Assembly: GCF_009914755.1 (NCBI RefSeq)
Contig: NC_060940.1
Strand: one strand, 5' to 3'
Origin: the human T2T-CHM13v2.0 reference genome, Homo sapiens
DNA: 64,000 nucleotides
Part shown: one piece after another, positions 28,005 through 48,216 of the stretch
Numbering within the stretch: the first letter of the stretch is position 1
Layout of the letters: the number at the start of each line of letters is the position of its first letter
Position numbers and translations under genes: made by a program
The notes under the pieces: generated by a model
Database searches by the model: none
Seen by the model: the letters and a program-made list of their open reading frames with translations, nothing else
What the model was told of the DNA's origin: nothing

Positions 28005-29892
28005 TCTTAGGAACATTTTCATGAAAAAGCCCACATAAAATTCATTTTAATGCACGTGTTTATGCATAGCTTTCTATTTTTCTCTTTTCTCTTTATATTC
28101 CAAATTTAAAAAAGGTGTTTTAATTCCAAATTAAAAAGGTGTTTATATTCCAAATTAAAAAAATTCAAAGTTACAGTCAAATACACAAAAAAAGCTTAGT
28201 CTCATTAATCATTATGAAAATGCTAATGGTAACTGAAAGAAGATACAACCACAATTCAAAGAGAAAGCCTAAAATTTCAACCCCCCAAAACGTCTAGGTT
28301 TTGGAGATCTGGGATGGAATAGGTTTCCTAACCTGACAGCAATGAAAGAACCAAACTAACTTCAAAGTCATGACTTTATTTTTATAGCAACGAGGTTGCC
28401 AAGAACTGAGTCAAAATGTGAGGGAAAACAAGCACCTGCAAGGAGAAAGAGGACAGATGCACTTACATAGGACAGATGCAAATAGACACCACTATGACAA
28501 GTAAAGCTGGAATAATCAATAAATTCCTAAAGACAAAGTGGGGCTGGTCAGATTGGGAGACCTCTGACGCTGCAGAAGTTGGGAAATATCCATCATCTTG
28601 AAAACATTTTCCCCACAAACCCACTGCGATCTCTCAAGCGATTGGTAAGGAATCCAAGAGAGTCTGTATATGACACAGATCAGGGGGAGCAGAACACTTG
28701 GGAGGTGACCAGGTCTTGGGGGCCGAGCCCTTATGAATGGGATTAGTGCCTTTATAAAAGAAGCTCAGTGGAGTTCTTGTGTGCCTTCCACTATGTGAGG
28801 ACATAGAAAGAAGGCACCATCTATGAACCATGAAATGGGCTCTCATCAACACTGAATTTGTGAGTATCTTGGCCTGAGATCTTACAGCCTCAAGAAATGT
28901 GAAAAAAGAAATATCTGTTGTTTTTTAGTCACCCAGTTTATGTTATTTTGTTATAAGGGTCCACATAGACCAAGACATTCCACTTAATATGTAGGGGAAG
29001 GCAACAAAAACTGCCACACTTAGAATACTCCTGATGCTGGGAGTATGAAAACAAGAAAAAAAAACTGCTCTTGAAGGTGAAGGAGGAATATCACTGAGCT
29101 CACCAACACAGCCAGGAAAAGAACAGAAGTGTGAGAAGACTACATTCCTGAGACCCTGAGAAAAAGTACCTGCATAAGACTGAGATGAAATTAACTACTC
29201 TAGTTATGATTGAAATCCCAAAAAGAAAAGAGGGAAAAATAATGGAGCAAAAGAAATGTTTTTCAAAATGACTGCCAAAAATATTCTGCAAGAAGTGACA
29301 GAAAATCAAACTTCAAATATAGGAAACTCAGAGAATGTCAAATAGAACAAAAAGAAATAAGAATTACATCTTGAAAAATCTTTTAAAAATCAAGTCTAAA
29401 TTTTATATCTTGCTCCAAATATATAGAGATATAAATAGGTTATCATCAAGATATGGAGAAAGCCATATCATGGAAACACTAAAATAAGGCTGTGGAAGGA
29501 CTACATTGATATTAGACACAACAGAGTTCGGAACAAGAAATACTATCAGAGATGAGAGAAAATAGGTAATAAAATAATCAATTCTCAAGAAGATGTAAAC
29601 ATCCTACTAATTAGGGTATGCAGCTAACAACAGAACCTCCAAATACATGAGGTAAAACAGGAAAGAAATCAAAGGTGAACTACAAAAATCCAAAATTATA
29701 TTTGCAGACTTCAACACTTTTGTCTTAGTAATGGAAAGACTAGGCACAAACTCAGTAATCATGTGGAAGATAGGAACAACAATATCACCAACAAGACATC
29801 CAATCTTCAATGGCAGATACTCTTTCCTTTCAAGTGAAAAAAAAAACAGTATGGCATATTGTCTAACAAACCCAGAATTTCTAATATTTGCA

Positions 29893-30505
29893 TTCTTCCT
29901 TCCTTCTTTCCATCTTCCTTTATCTTCTCTTCCCTTCCCCTGCCTTCTTCCTTCCTTCTTTTCCTTTTCCTTTTCTTTTCTTTTTTATTTTCCTTTCTTT
30001 CTCTTCTTTCTTTTTTATCCTTCCTTCCTTCTTTCCTTCTTTCTTTCTTTCCTCTTATTCTTCCTTCCCTCCTCCTTCCCTTCCTTTCTCTCTCCATTTT
30101 CTTCCTTCTTTTCTCATATTCTTTCTTTCTCACCTTCTTGCTTTCTTTCCTTTTTTCTCCCTTCCTCCCACCCTCCTTTTCTTCCTTCCTCTCTCCCTTC
30201 CTTTCCTCTTTTTCCTTCCTTTCTTCCTTCCTACACCTCTTTATTTTCTTTGTTTCTATGCCTTCCTCCCTTTTACCATTCTCTTTTCTTCCTTTCCTTC
30301 CTCCCTTCCTCCTTTCTTTCTTTCTCTCTTTCTTTCTCTTTCTTTCTTTCTTGTGTTCATGCTTTCTTTTTCCTCCCTTCCTGCCTTTCTCCCTTCCTCC
30401 CTCCCTCCCTTCTTCCCTCATTTCCTCCTTCTTTTCTTTCTTCTTTCTTTATGTCCTTCCTTCTTTCCTTCCTTTTTCTTTTTTTGATTTCTTTTCTTTC
30501 TCTTT
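29893..30505. repeat. CT-rich polypyrimidine tract (longer paralog of 19192-19678)
   Basis: About 610 bp CCTT/CTTT low complexity. Confidence 0.95.
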
Positions 30506-30592
30506 ACTACAATTCATATTCTTTTTAAAAAATTAAGAGAGGGAGACAGAAAAATAAAGAATGCTTTCATCTGCAGGTAAATAGATTATGTC

Positions 30593-31405
<813 letters not shown>

Positions 31406-32386
31406 TTGTAATTGTATCATGAAAATGAGAACCATAATTTACAACTGCTTTTAATACTGCACTTGGATGTTTGAAATCACTTACATGGAAATGATCTCTA
31501 TGTGCATGAGGGAGGATAGCAAATTGATGCCAAAATAATGCAAATGTAAATCTTACACTCATTTCTATGTAGGTTTCATTTAAACTTTGAAATTAAAATG
31601 AAATTAAGAGATTGTGATATTTTGATGAAATTAGACTAAAATGAACAATAACAAAATAAGAACTTATATTGTTTATATGGTCAATAAAGAAGTGATAGTG
31701 GAAAAAAACAAGATCAAATGAAGATGATGATTTAGGAAGTTGGAAAGGCAGCTGAAACTACAAAACGGTATATAACCAGTGAACACTTAGACACACTGAT
31801 TGATGAACTTCAGCTTTTGGCTTGGTGAGAGCATAAAATGAGAGCAGCTGAGGTTTGCAAATTTGTAATCTCCCTGTGGAAAACCAGGGGAAAACACATC
31901 TCAGCCTAATAAGATTTATCTACTAAAGAGTCTAGATTTGATCCATTTGTCCTTGTAATTCAAAAGCTAATTCAAATACTGATCTGATGTGTTGTGTGAA
32001 CAACCATTGCTGATTATCATCGCATACCTGGCATTCTCTTTTATCTGATATCTGAAATATTTGGTAATTCATGGACTTTCTCTTTTCAAACCCAGTACGG
32101 TTTAATTTGAGTCTTAGAACAGTTGTCTTTGGGAAATTCTTCCCTCTACTGCATCTGTGAATGGGCATAGCATGGTTACATACATACTGTCACTCCATAG
32201 AACATTTGTTATATTAAAGCCAAAGTTTAAAGCAAGAGCTTTAACTTACTGGTTTTGCTAATGTTTTCCTCCCCAATAGCCACAACAATATTGATACCCT
32301 CACACCTTTTAACATAAAGCTTGGTGTTGTCTATTTTTCAGGTGCTGTCATCTATATGATCTCAGTATTTTAAAAATCAGCTTCCA

Positions 32387-33010
<624 letters not shown>

Positions 33011-34581
33011 AAATCAGCTCTCATTGATTTCTATGTAAATATGCACAGGTGATGTCCATATAGACATAAATAATATTATTTCTGACAATGGGTCCATATG
33101 ATCTTCAAAATGTAAAATGCCTATCTGTGTAATTGACTGGTTAGTCTCATTAATGAATATAGATTCAATTCTACTTTCTTTTTCTACATAAATTATATAA
33201 TCTAGCTTTTCATTTCACTTATTTACTGATAACAACAGGAAGAATGACAAGATATCTATTTTGGAAAATTACTCTGGTAGGTGTAAAGATGAAACAATGA
33301 TAGAATTGCACGGAAAACTAGAAAAAAGTATGGTCTTCTGATATTCTATCACATCACATACTAAAGGCCTCATAAAACTCAGATATTTTATCTAAAAATG
33401 TTATTTTCATCATAGGAATGATCAAAGCATGAGACTACAATTATATTAAAATGTGCTTGTATCACAAGCACAGGTGCTGAAAAGGAGGGGAATACATCAT
33501 TACTGATATTTTCAACGTATGTTTTACTTTTCATCAACATGAACCTCAACTTGATATGACTCAGATTGAAGGAAATCACCCATAATTCCATATGAAGAAG
33601 GCCTGTGATATTTTATGGGAAAATAAATAGAGAAAATGCTAACAGAAACCCTGTTAAGCATGAAGTTTTATGGAGGAAACGCAAATCCAGTGGTGAAAGA
33701 TTCACACTCGGGTTCTGTTTGTTGTCTTGGAACAATACGGTTTAGAGATGACTGGCGGGTGAGGAGAACATATGCGAGTTCACCAAAGAGAAAAGCTGAA
33801 TGAGGCAAGGCCTCTTCCTGACCATATCTATTACTCAGATAGGTATATAATTTATTGTCCAGTAAAGGGTATATTAAAAAATCATATTAAAAGTCATGCA
33901 GTGAAGTTGTCCAGGAAAATCAAGACTTAACAGTCTCACTCTGACAATAATGAACAGGGGAATTCCCTCAAGATAGACTAGGACATGACCCCACACTGGC
34001 AGGTAGTAGTACCAGAAAAGAACCCAGGGAAAATCTTTACCTTATGCTTGAGGTAGGGACCAGGCTAAAGTGAAAGCCAGACATAAAATTCTATCTAAAA
34101 TAAATCCACAATCGAAGAAAATATGTGGTGTACAGGCATTGAATATCTTTACTGGATCATTGACATAGTAAGATAAATTCAACTTTTTACATTGTTTTCT
34201 TTTCCTCCAGTTAGGGCTTGAGGTTTGTCTCTGGAGAGTGACTGTCAATTGGAGCCCTGCCTTTCTGGGTTTCTGGTCAGGAGGTTGTGGATGCTTAACA
34301 TGTGCCTTTCACAGGACACTTCCTTACCCCAGCAGTGGCCAGGTGTGCATCCCACGACCAGGCCTCCCTCTCACAGAACATCTGTTGAGACTAGGAGAGG
34401 CCTGGTGACTGTTGCCTGACCTGTGTCCTGTGTATTTCTGACAAGAGCCCCTCTCAGAGACCCTGGCCAGGAGTAGAGTTAGGTTCCAGTGTAGGTCAGC
34501 TCAGACCCATGGAGGCCACAGAACCAAACATGGGAAATCACAGAAGTAGGTTTATTACAGATCCAGAGAGAAGAGGGTAGC

Positions 34582-34928
34582 TGAGAAGAGGGTTTAGCTG
34601 TGTCCCCAGCCAAATCTCATCTTGAATTCCCACATGTTGTGGGAGGGAACAGGTAGGAGGTAATTGAATCATGGGGGCAGGTCTTTCCCATGCTGTTCTT
34701 CTGATAGTGAATAAGTCTCACAAGGTCTGATGGTTTTATAAAGGGGAGTTTCCCTGCACAAGCTCTCTTGTCTTGTTGGCTGCCATGTGAGACGTGCATT
34801 TCACCTTGCACCATGATTGTGAGGCCTACCCAGCCATGTGGAACTGTGCATCTATTAAACCTCTTTCTTCTGGAAATTACCCAGTCTTGGGCATGTCTTT
34901 ACTGGAGGTGTGAAAATGGACTAATACA
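34582..34928 (+). mobile_element. THE1 (THE1B/C-like) solo LTR nested in an older LTR-like sequence (~34490-35290)
   Basis: TG...GCTGTGTCCCCAGCCAAATCTCATCTTGAATTCCCAC...GGACTAATACA with perfect 5-bp TSD GTAGC (34577-34581, 34929-34933). Confidence 0.92.
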
Positions 34929-37245
34929 GTAGCACACCTCATAGGGCTGAACAAAATGGGGAAGATGAGTGGGGAGCAGGAGAGAGAAAAGGGGTATGTG
35001 GGACTCCAGCCTTTATTGGGCCCAGAACATTACCCGAATAAGTTTTCCACGGGGCACTAGTCGGTGGGGTGAGTGCCAGCAGGCACATTTCTTGACTCCC
35101 GCTGCAACTGAGCAGGTCACTCTGGCGTGTGGGGGCTGTCCATGTGCGCTGTGAGGTCTGTGGGGTGAGTTAGGTAGGTTGTATCCAACGGTTCCATAGC
35201 TGGTAGTCACCCGGAGGAGGCAACTGTGTAGGGTCAATATCTGGGCCAGCCACACTGAGGAACTGTGAGGGTTAGAACTGGAAATTGTCAAGGGAATCTG
35301 AACCCAGCAACCATATGAGAGAGTTCAACTTATGTTCAATATGAATGCCATGGCAATATTAAAAGGTAAGAATTCTCTCCATACGTGCTTGAGGTAAATA
35401 GGAGAAACCTAGAATTTATGTAAACAGTGAGAAGATTGGATGCGTTTTCCATCACATATTTTAACACTAGCAGCATATTATATATGTCAATCCATCAGGC
35501 ATTCAGAAATACATGCTTATGAAAATTTTTTGCACCATCAGAGAAAAGACAAGGGTAGAAGACATTTGCAACCGTATAAACACTAGTAAATTAAAAACAG
35601 AAGGACCTTTATGTCCTAACATATCTGTGTTGTGAAAGGCTGCCCTGTGAAATATGGGATTTCTTAAACATATTTTAAAAATCATAGGTGTCAATATTTT
35701 TTAGAAATCCATTTAAATTCTCTCTTGCTATTTTACAATGCCTATTTATTCATTTAGTGGCTCTGCTGATTTTGATGTATATCCTAAACTTTACATTTTC
35801 TTTAAAGGATGTTTTATACAACTTTAGTAAAATGTTTCAGTGTCTTCACATTCTCTCCCTGTCCTTTTGTTTTGCTCTTATATGGTGGTCTTGAGTCTTT
35901 TCTCTGGCTTTTCAAACCTAGTAAGACTAAGACACTAAGGGAACTTTGCCCGTGGTTTGGTAATGCCTTCTAAAGCACTTCCTAAACTCTCGTGCATACA
36001 GGGGTCTCCTTTGAGCTCTGTGCTTTTGAGATCCCATATACCGAAATTCCAGTACTCCAAATCAGTACTGCTCAGTTTTAGTGACTAAGTTTAAAAATGT
36101 ATTTTAATAGCAAGTTAGTTTAGTGCACTCTTGCTTCTTTCTTGACTGCTTGTATACATGTATATTCCTTTAAATGAATCTTGGAATTTATTTAAAAATT
36201 TTAAATTATACTAATGAAACTGTATATTGTTGTGAATTCATAAGTGAATTTGGAAAGAATTTGTCTTTATGATACTAAATCCTTTTTATCCAAGAATCAT
36301 ATGTGTCTTTATATTTATTCCAGTCTATATTTATATCTCTGAGTAAATATATAGAAAAGTAGATACATACAGCTGTATAGATACAAATATAGATGTAACT
36401 GTTAAATCTATATCCCATATAACATGTATACATGTTATATGTGTGTGTGTATATGTATATGTTTATGTTATTAAAGAGCTCCCATAAAATTTTTCTTTTA
36501 TTTCCTATATAAATTTTAGGTCGAGCTTGAATTTTCCTTGTATAAACAAGCAAATATTTATACTAGTTTTAATACTGATGTATAGACATTCTATCTTATT
36601 TTAGCATTGAATGTTTTCACAATTATTATAAATATTATCTAATATTAATAATGTACCTGTTAAAAATATTTAAAATTTTAACTTTGAATTAATTTATTGT
36701 TGAATTAAAATTCCTTTAATATGATAGTAAGCTTCTATTTTTTGCTTTCTCTATGAATATACAAATTAATCTATCCACTTCTCTATCTCTATGCAGTAAC
36801 ATATGAAAATCAGGCCTCTCTTCTTCTAATGGACATACACATGTGTGCATATCGAATATCAGACTCTTTATAGCATTTAAAATCTTTAAAGACATGAATA
36901 TTGCCTTTTAACAAATATATTTTGGCATGTTCTGAGAATCCCCTATTTATTATTAATTTGGGCTAATCAATATGATTATTAATATTATTGGATTACCAAA
37001 TTTGGAAACACACTTTCATCCCCAAGGTGGATATTTGTTTTATTTATTTTTTGGTAATTTCTTGTCTTACTGTTTCAAATATTGTTGGATATTATTTTTA
37101 TTTTATTTGGGATTTTAGTATCAACATTTGTAATTGATGTACTCTACATATTTTTTCTTCAATATATGGTGGGTTTTATAGTTACTGCTATATTGGATTT
37201 GTAGTAGATATTGACAAAAAGTATTCCTGTATGTTTTATAGCTGT

Positions 37246-37796
37246 ATGAAGGAAACTAATATATTTTACCCCTAAATGTATTTCCTTGATATATTTCAAA
37301 ATGGCTATTGAGAAGGGCTGGAAATACAAACTTAGCTGCAAAGCTGTCTTGGGGAGATTTGCATTGGTAGAGAATCTGCCTTGATGCAGCCAGGCTTTCT
37401 CTGAGGTCTGCCCCCTTGTCTGGATCTAGGAAAGCTTAACTGAGAGTCTGAGGTCTCCAAAGGTCTGAAAGAAACATTTTCTGTCTATTCTCTCTGAGGA
37501 CTACTCCCAGTGTGGTTCCACCTATGTAATAAGTCCACTGTTGCTAGCCAGGGTCGTTTTCTCACATAACCTTTTTTTTTTTTCCCTGTGATCCAAGACC
37601 CCATTCTTTCTGTAAACTTCATGTGGTAGATAAGCTTCTGCACGCATCGTGTGTCTGGGTCTTCATTCTAAGGACTCCGGTGTACACACATTCCAGAAAC
37701 CTGTATGCCATTTCTACTATTTACCTGCCTCCTATTAGTGATTTTCAGGGAAACTTCAAAAGGCAAAAGGGACATTCTCCTTTAGCCCATTCTCAG
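37246..37796 (+). mobile_element. ERV1 solo LTR (MER34/LTR29-like)
   Basis: TGAAGGAAACTAATATATTTTACCCCTAAA...GGGGAGATTTGCATT...AAACTTCAAAAGGCAAAAGGG. Confidence 0.65.
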
Positions 37797-37998
37797 ACAA
37801 AATCCCCCAACATTTAACTGATTCCTAATAGCTTAAAATCACTTTGAAAAATCCATATATTTATAACCTTTTCTTCCCTCTATGATTTCTGGTCAGCTTG
37901 GGTTTTGGTTTTCATTCCATTTACTTCATCCTCGAAAAGATCTATTTTACGTCTATTTATTCTCATTTATGGACATTGAGAAAAGAAAATAACTTTCA

Positions 37999-38420
37999 TG
38001 TGAGAAATGCAATTCCTCTTAAATAATCAGGCCCAGAGAGATATTCAAATGAGACAGCAGTTCTGTCCCGCTCCTCTTTGAGCTGTGTGTTCATCTAGGC
38101 TGCTTGCTGTTGCCACAGTAGCTATAAATTAACCAATAACGCCACACCAGACACTATATTCCACACCCAATAATAGTGTAACAGTGTATAGCCAGTCACT
38201 AATAAATGTTATTTCCATAAGCCAATGAGAATTTGTGACAAACCTCTTTGCATCATCCCACTTCTGGACCCTTTTTTGCCTTTAAGAAACTGCTTGTTGC
38301 AAAGCTCCAAAGGGAGTTCATATCCAAGGATACTTGGGTCTGTTTCTTCCAGGCAGCTGTCCTCATTTTGGCTCCAGTAAACTCTTTGAATTACGTTTTG
38401 TGCTTCAGCCCCTTCCACTT
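37999..38420 (+). mobile_element. ERV1-class LTR (MER4 group-like)
   Basis: TGTGAGAAATG start, GCCAAT box, CTTTAAGAAAC TATA-like, CAGCTGTCCTCATTTTGGCTCCAGTAAACTCTTT poly-A region. Confidence 0.55.
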
Positions 38421-38544
38421 AGATTAACAACATGGATTTGTGTCACCATGTACAGCAATTAAAATGTTTACACTTTTCCCCTCGTGGGCACTGATGTGTT
38501 TTCCTGAGCACTTGGAATAGCTACGTAGTGTTTACTGTCTAGAT

Positions 38545-38735
38545 TATGGTTTCTCAACCTTGGTGCTACTTACCTTTAGGACCAGAGGATTCTTTGTTGT
38601 GGGAGGCTGCCCTAGCAATGCTAGGTGTTTCGTTTGACCTCTAAATTTGACCTCCACCAGTCTTGACATCCCCACAATAACCCTAGACATTGACAAATGT
38701 CTCCTGGGGAAAACTCTCCACCAGTTGACACTCAA
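38545..38735 (+). mobile_element. MER20 hAT DNA transposon
   Basis: GGTTTCTCAACCTTGG...ATTCTTTGTTGTGGGAGGCTGCCCT...AGACATTGACAAATGTCTCCTGGGG...CCAGTTGA. Confidence 0.8.
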
Positions 38736-39703
38736 AGTTCTGGAAATATTGGAATTGTCAATTGAGATTTTATGTTATCCAAAACAAATACTTTTCTTTG
38801 TTTTTAAGCATCTACTTCCATCTACTTATCTACTTATTTTTACTTTTATTTGTAACTTAATTCCATCAAGGAGAGAGAGTGCATTTTCTGTTATGCTAAA
38901 TTTTTGAAGAATGTATTGATTTTTTATGACCTGATATATGGATGATATGTAGATATTACATGTTTGTATTATCAAATTTCAGGGTGATAATAAAATAAAT
39001 ACTTATAATATTTATATTGTCACTGTATATTAGTTATTTTCTTTCTTCACTACAGGAGTTTTTCAACCTATAGGCTATTTTTCAATTCTAGGTTATCCAG
39101 TAGATTTTGAAATGTTATGATTAAATATCTACTTCTCAAGCATTCATCTTTGCAAATGAAACAATCCCAAGCTCTTATAATGCACATCATATAAAGGGCA
39201 GATTAGTCAATATACGGTTCAGAAATAATTATGTAATATTTATAAGAAAATTAAAAATTTAGATCCTTAACTCAGATAACAATCATCCAAATTAAAATTT
39301 GATTTCATTACATAATTTAAAATGACACCAGAATACTAGTAAAAATGTAGATAAGTTTATATAATCTTTTTTAGCTGTAGGACTTTATTAGCATAAATTC
39401 AAATACAGGAACCAAAGTAAAATTGAGACCTATAGTCAAAGGTTAAAATGTACACATTATAGGGGCATGATTAAACTAATTTAAAGCATGATAACATGGA
39501 GAAATATTGCAAAACATACATTTTACTGAATTAATTGTTAATACCTAATCATTATGTGAGAACAAAATTAGAGTAGCTACACACGCACACACCCACACAC
39601 AAGTGCAATATTGTCAAATAAACGATGTTCAGCTACACTAGAAATCACACCTGTGTTTTCTCCACAGAAAAGATTAAAAAGCACAATAATATTTATTGTA
39701 CAT

Positions 39704-40637
<934 letters not shown>

Positions 40638-42006
40638 AGAGAAAAGACAAATATATAGGTGACAAATAATATTTAGACTGTAAGACGCTTTTTAAAGGTA
40701 TATTTGCAATTTGTGGCAAAATATTTAAATATACATTTGTTATTTTAACTATAAAATTTCAAATTATTTAAGCCAAATACATAGTATATGCAGAAAATTT
40801 AGCAATATATCTATGTAGCACCTTACCGTACATTACTGTAACCAGCCATCTAATATAAAGAATTAATTAAGGTAGCTACTTTTCAAAGAGCGCATTTTTT
40901 TCACAGACCTATTAAATAAGACAAATAACATTTAAACTTTATTTTTAAATTTGCAGAATAGTAGTTTTCAGCAGATGGTTTATTTTAGCAAATTCCATCT
41001 TCACATTGTGCTATGCTTTTATGAGTTCCAGCTGTTAACGGATAATATTTTACTGCTGAAACTATCAAGTGTGATATAATTACTCATTATGTGCCTTAAA
41101 ACACAAGCAGTATAATTATTTTCATCTTGGAGCAAATTAAAATCTTATCAGCAATTTAAAAACTCTAGAGTCGTCTTCTCCTGGTTAATTATTTTAAACT
41201 TGTATTTTTCTCTTTATGTGTTTAGTGAGTTGTCTTATCAAGGAGAAGAACTCAAGCTGATTGTTCTTTTTTTTCTCTTCCATCCACCTCGCAGGTGTGT
41301 TAATAATTTCATTTCTCAGAAAATGTTCTTTCATATCCATCTTACAAGATGAGAGACCTTTTAACATCTTCCATTCGGATGTGATACCAGTAATGGAAAA
41401 TATTCCAGCTTCATGAATATGGTGATACAAATACTTATCCGTCTAACCTCTTTCAGTGTCAAATGTTTACTTTACTCAGTGAATTACTCAGTTGACTGGT
41501 AATTTCTTCTGAAATCACGAATGAGAGGATCAGAGGTCTGGCTGTTGTCTGTACCTCATATGACTCCCAGTGCAGACAATTGTTTCTATGGAGCACAGAC
41601 AGTTGAAAGGATTGACTTCCTGCCTAGAATAGTTTCTGCTGTGCTTCTTATCCTTCTTGTGGAGATTTCAGATTATCTGAATTGCTTTTCTATCTTGAGA
41701 AAAAACGCAACAATTCTCCCACCTGAGAGGAATGTAAACCGTAGTAAGTTAGCAGAACCAATCCGTAAAATTTTTACATTGTTAGTTGCAAAATGCAGCG
41801 CTGGTGTCTCCATCACTAACCTTTTCTATCCCTCATTGCTCTTTCTTTGACTGCAATAGGATACCTCTAGGCAAATCTGTATTCCCGAGACAGAGTGCCC
41901 TTTTGGTGAGCTATAAGCACACTCAATGGTAGGCTGAAATACTAGCTTTTATCTATGGCAAAATGGAATCATATCAGTGATTTTTTTAAAGAGGAAATCT
42001 AACTCT

Positions 42007-42177
42007 TGCTATGGTTTGAATGCTTGCCCCTTCCAGTCTCATGTTAAAATTTGATCCCCAATGTTGCAGGTGGGGCTTACTGGCAGGTATTTGGTCATGG
42101 GGTTGGACCTTCATGAATGGATAATACCCTCCCTTAGAAATCTAAAGCTATCTTCCCTCCTCGGTGCCCTCAGGAAT
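42007..42177 (+). mobile_element. MST-type MaLR LTR 5' part (target of the L1 insertion)
   Basis: TGCTATGGTTTGAATG...CTCATGTTAAAATTTGATCCCCAATGTTGCAGGTGGGGC. Confidence 0.7.
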
Positions 42178-42416
42178 GAGTGTACCATTCTTTTTTTTTC
42201 TTCTTTTTTTTATTATACTTTAAGTTTTAGGGTACATGTGCACATTGTGCAGGTTAGTTACATATGTATACATGTGCCATGCTGGTGCGCTGCACCCACT
42301 AACTCGTCATCTAGCATTAGGTATATCTCCCAATGCTATCCCTCCGCCCTCCCCCCACCCCACCACAGTCCCCTGAGTGTGATATTCCCCTTCCTGTGTC
42401 CATGTGATCTCATTGT

Positions 42417-46242
<3,826 letters not shown>

Positions 46243-46305
46243 TATGATGTTAGCTGGTGATTTTGCTCGTTAGTTGATACAGTTTCTTCCTAGTCTCGAT
46301 GGTCT

Positions 46306-47319
46306 TTACATTTTGGCATGATTTTGCAGTGGCTGGTACTGGTTGTTCCTTTCCATGTTTAGCGCTTCCTTCAGGAGCTCTTTTAGGGCAGGTCTGGTAG
46401 TGACAAAATCTCTCAGCATTTGCTTGTCTGTAAAGTATTTTATTTGTCCTTCACTTATGAAGCTTAGCTTGGCTGGATATGAAATTCTGGGTTGAAAATT
46501 CTTTTCTTTAAGAATGTTGAATATTGGCCCTCACTCTCTTCTGGCTTGTAGGGTTTCTGCCGAGAGATCCACTGTTAGTCTGATGGGCTTCCCTTTGAGG
46601 GTAACCCGACCTTTCTCTCTGGCTGCCCTTAACATTTTTTCCTTCATTTCAACTTTGGTGAATGTGACAATTATGTGTCTTGGAGTTGCTCTTCTCGAGG
46701 AGTATCTTTGTGGAATTCTCTGTATTTCCTGAATCTGAACATTGGCCTGCCTTGCTAGATTGGGGAAGTTCTCCTGGATAATATCCTGCACAGTGTTTTT
46801 CAACTTGGTTCCATTCTCCTCGTCACTTTCAGGTACACCAATCAGACGTAGATTTGGTCTTTTCACATATTCCCATATTTCTTAGAGGCTTTGCTCATTT
46901 CTTTTTATTCTTTTTTCTCTAAACTTCCCTTCTCACTTCATTTCATTCATTTCATCTTCCATCGCTGACACCCTTTCTTCCAGTTGATCGCATCGGCTCC
47001 TGAGGCTTCTGCATTCTTCACGTAGTTCTTGAGCCTTGGTTTTCAGCTCCATCAGCTCCTTTAAGCACTTCTCTGTATTGGTTATTCTAGTTATACATTC
47101 TTCTAAATTTTTTTCAAAGTTTTCAACTTCTTTGCCTTTGGTTTGAATATCCTCCCGTAGCTCAGCATAATTTGATCGTCTGTAGCCTTCTCTCAGCTCG
47201 TCAAAGTCATTCTCCATCCAACTTTGTTCTGTTGCTGGTGAGGAGCTGCTTTCCTTTGAAGGAGGAGAGGTGCTCTGATTTTTAGAGCTTCCAGTTTTTC
47301 TGTTCTGTTTTTTCCCCAT
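46306..47319 (-). pseudogene. L1 ORF1, disrupted
   Basis: MGKKQNRKTG...EDEMNEMK* premature stop at 46935-46933, then RPNLRLIGVPE...LQARRE* second stop. Confidence 0.95.
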
Positions 47320-48216
47320 CTTTGTGGTTTTATCTACTTTTGGTCTTTGATGATGGTGATGTACAGATGGGTTTTTGGTGTGGATGTCCTTTCTGTTAGT
47401 TTTCCTTCTAACAGACAGGACCCTCAGCTGCAGGTCTGTTGGAATACCCTACCGTGTGAGGTGTCAGTGTGCCCCTGCTGGGGGTGCCTCCCAGTTAGGC
47501 TGCTCGGGGATCAGGGGTCCGGGACTCACTTGAAGAGGCAGTCTGCCGGTTCTCAGATCTCCAGCTGCGTGCTGGGAGAACCACTGCTCCCTTCAAAGCT
47601 GTCAGACAGGGACATTTAAGTCTGCAGAGGTTACTGCTTTTTGTTTGTCTGTGCACTGCCCCCAGAGGTGGAGCCTACAGAGGCAGGCAGGCCTCCTTGA
47701 GCTGTGGTGGGCTCCACCCAGTTCGAGCTTCCTGGCTGCTTTGTTTACCTAAGCAAGCCTGGGCAATGGCTGGCGCTCCTCCCCCAGCCTGGCTGCTGCC
47801 TTGCAGTTTGATCTCAGACTGCTGTGCTAGCAATCAGCGAGATTCCGTGGGTGTAGGACCCTCTGAGCAAGGTGTGGGATATAGTCTTGTGGTGCGCCAT
47901 TTTTTAAGCCGGTCTGAAAAGCGCAATATTCAGGTGGGAGTGACCCGATTTTCCAGGTGCGTCTGTCACCCCTTTCTTTGACTCGGAAAGGGAACTCCCT
48001 GACCCCTTGCGCTTCCCAGGTGAGGCAATGCCTCGCCCTACTTTGGCTCGCGCACCGTGCGTGTACCCACTGGCCTGCACCCACTGTCTGGCACTCCTTA
48101 GTGAGATGAACTCGGTACCTCAGATGGAAATGCAGAAATCACCCGTCTTCTGCTTCGGTCACGCTGGGAGCTGTAGACCGGAGCTGTTCCTATTCGGCCA
48201 TCTTGGCTCCTCCCTC
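47320..48216 (-). promoter_or_regulatory. L1 5' UTR internal sense and antisense promoter
   Basis: About 900-bp UTR with the YY1 site CAAGATGGCCG near the 5' end. Confidence 0.85.
47766..47981 (+). CDS. ORF0: L1 antisense ORF0, intact 71 codons
   Basis: MAGAPPPAWLLPCSLISDCCASNQRDSVGVGPSEQGVGYSLVVRHFLSRSEKRNIQVGVTRFSRCVCHPFL*. Confidence 0.8.
   Translation: MAGAPPPAWLLPCSLISDCCASNQRDSVGVGPSEQGVGYSLVVRHFLSRSEKRNIQVGVTRFSRCVCHPFL

Noticed and set aside
41265-41440. Polypyrimidine tract plus CAG|G as a possible exon acceptor
   Set aside because: No recognisable coding content or clear donor; cannot be supported from sequence alone.
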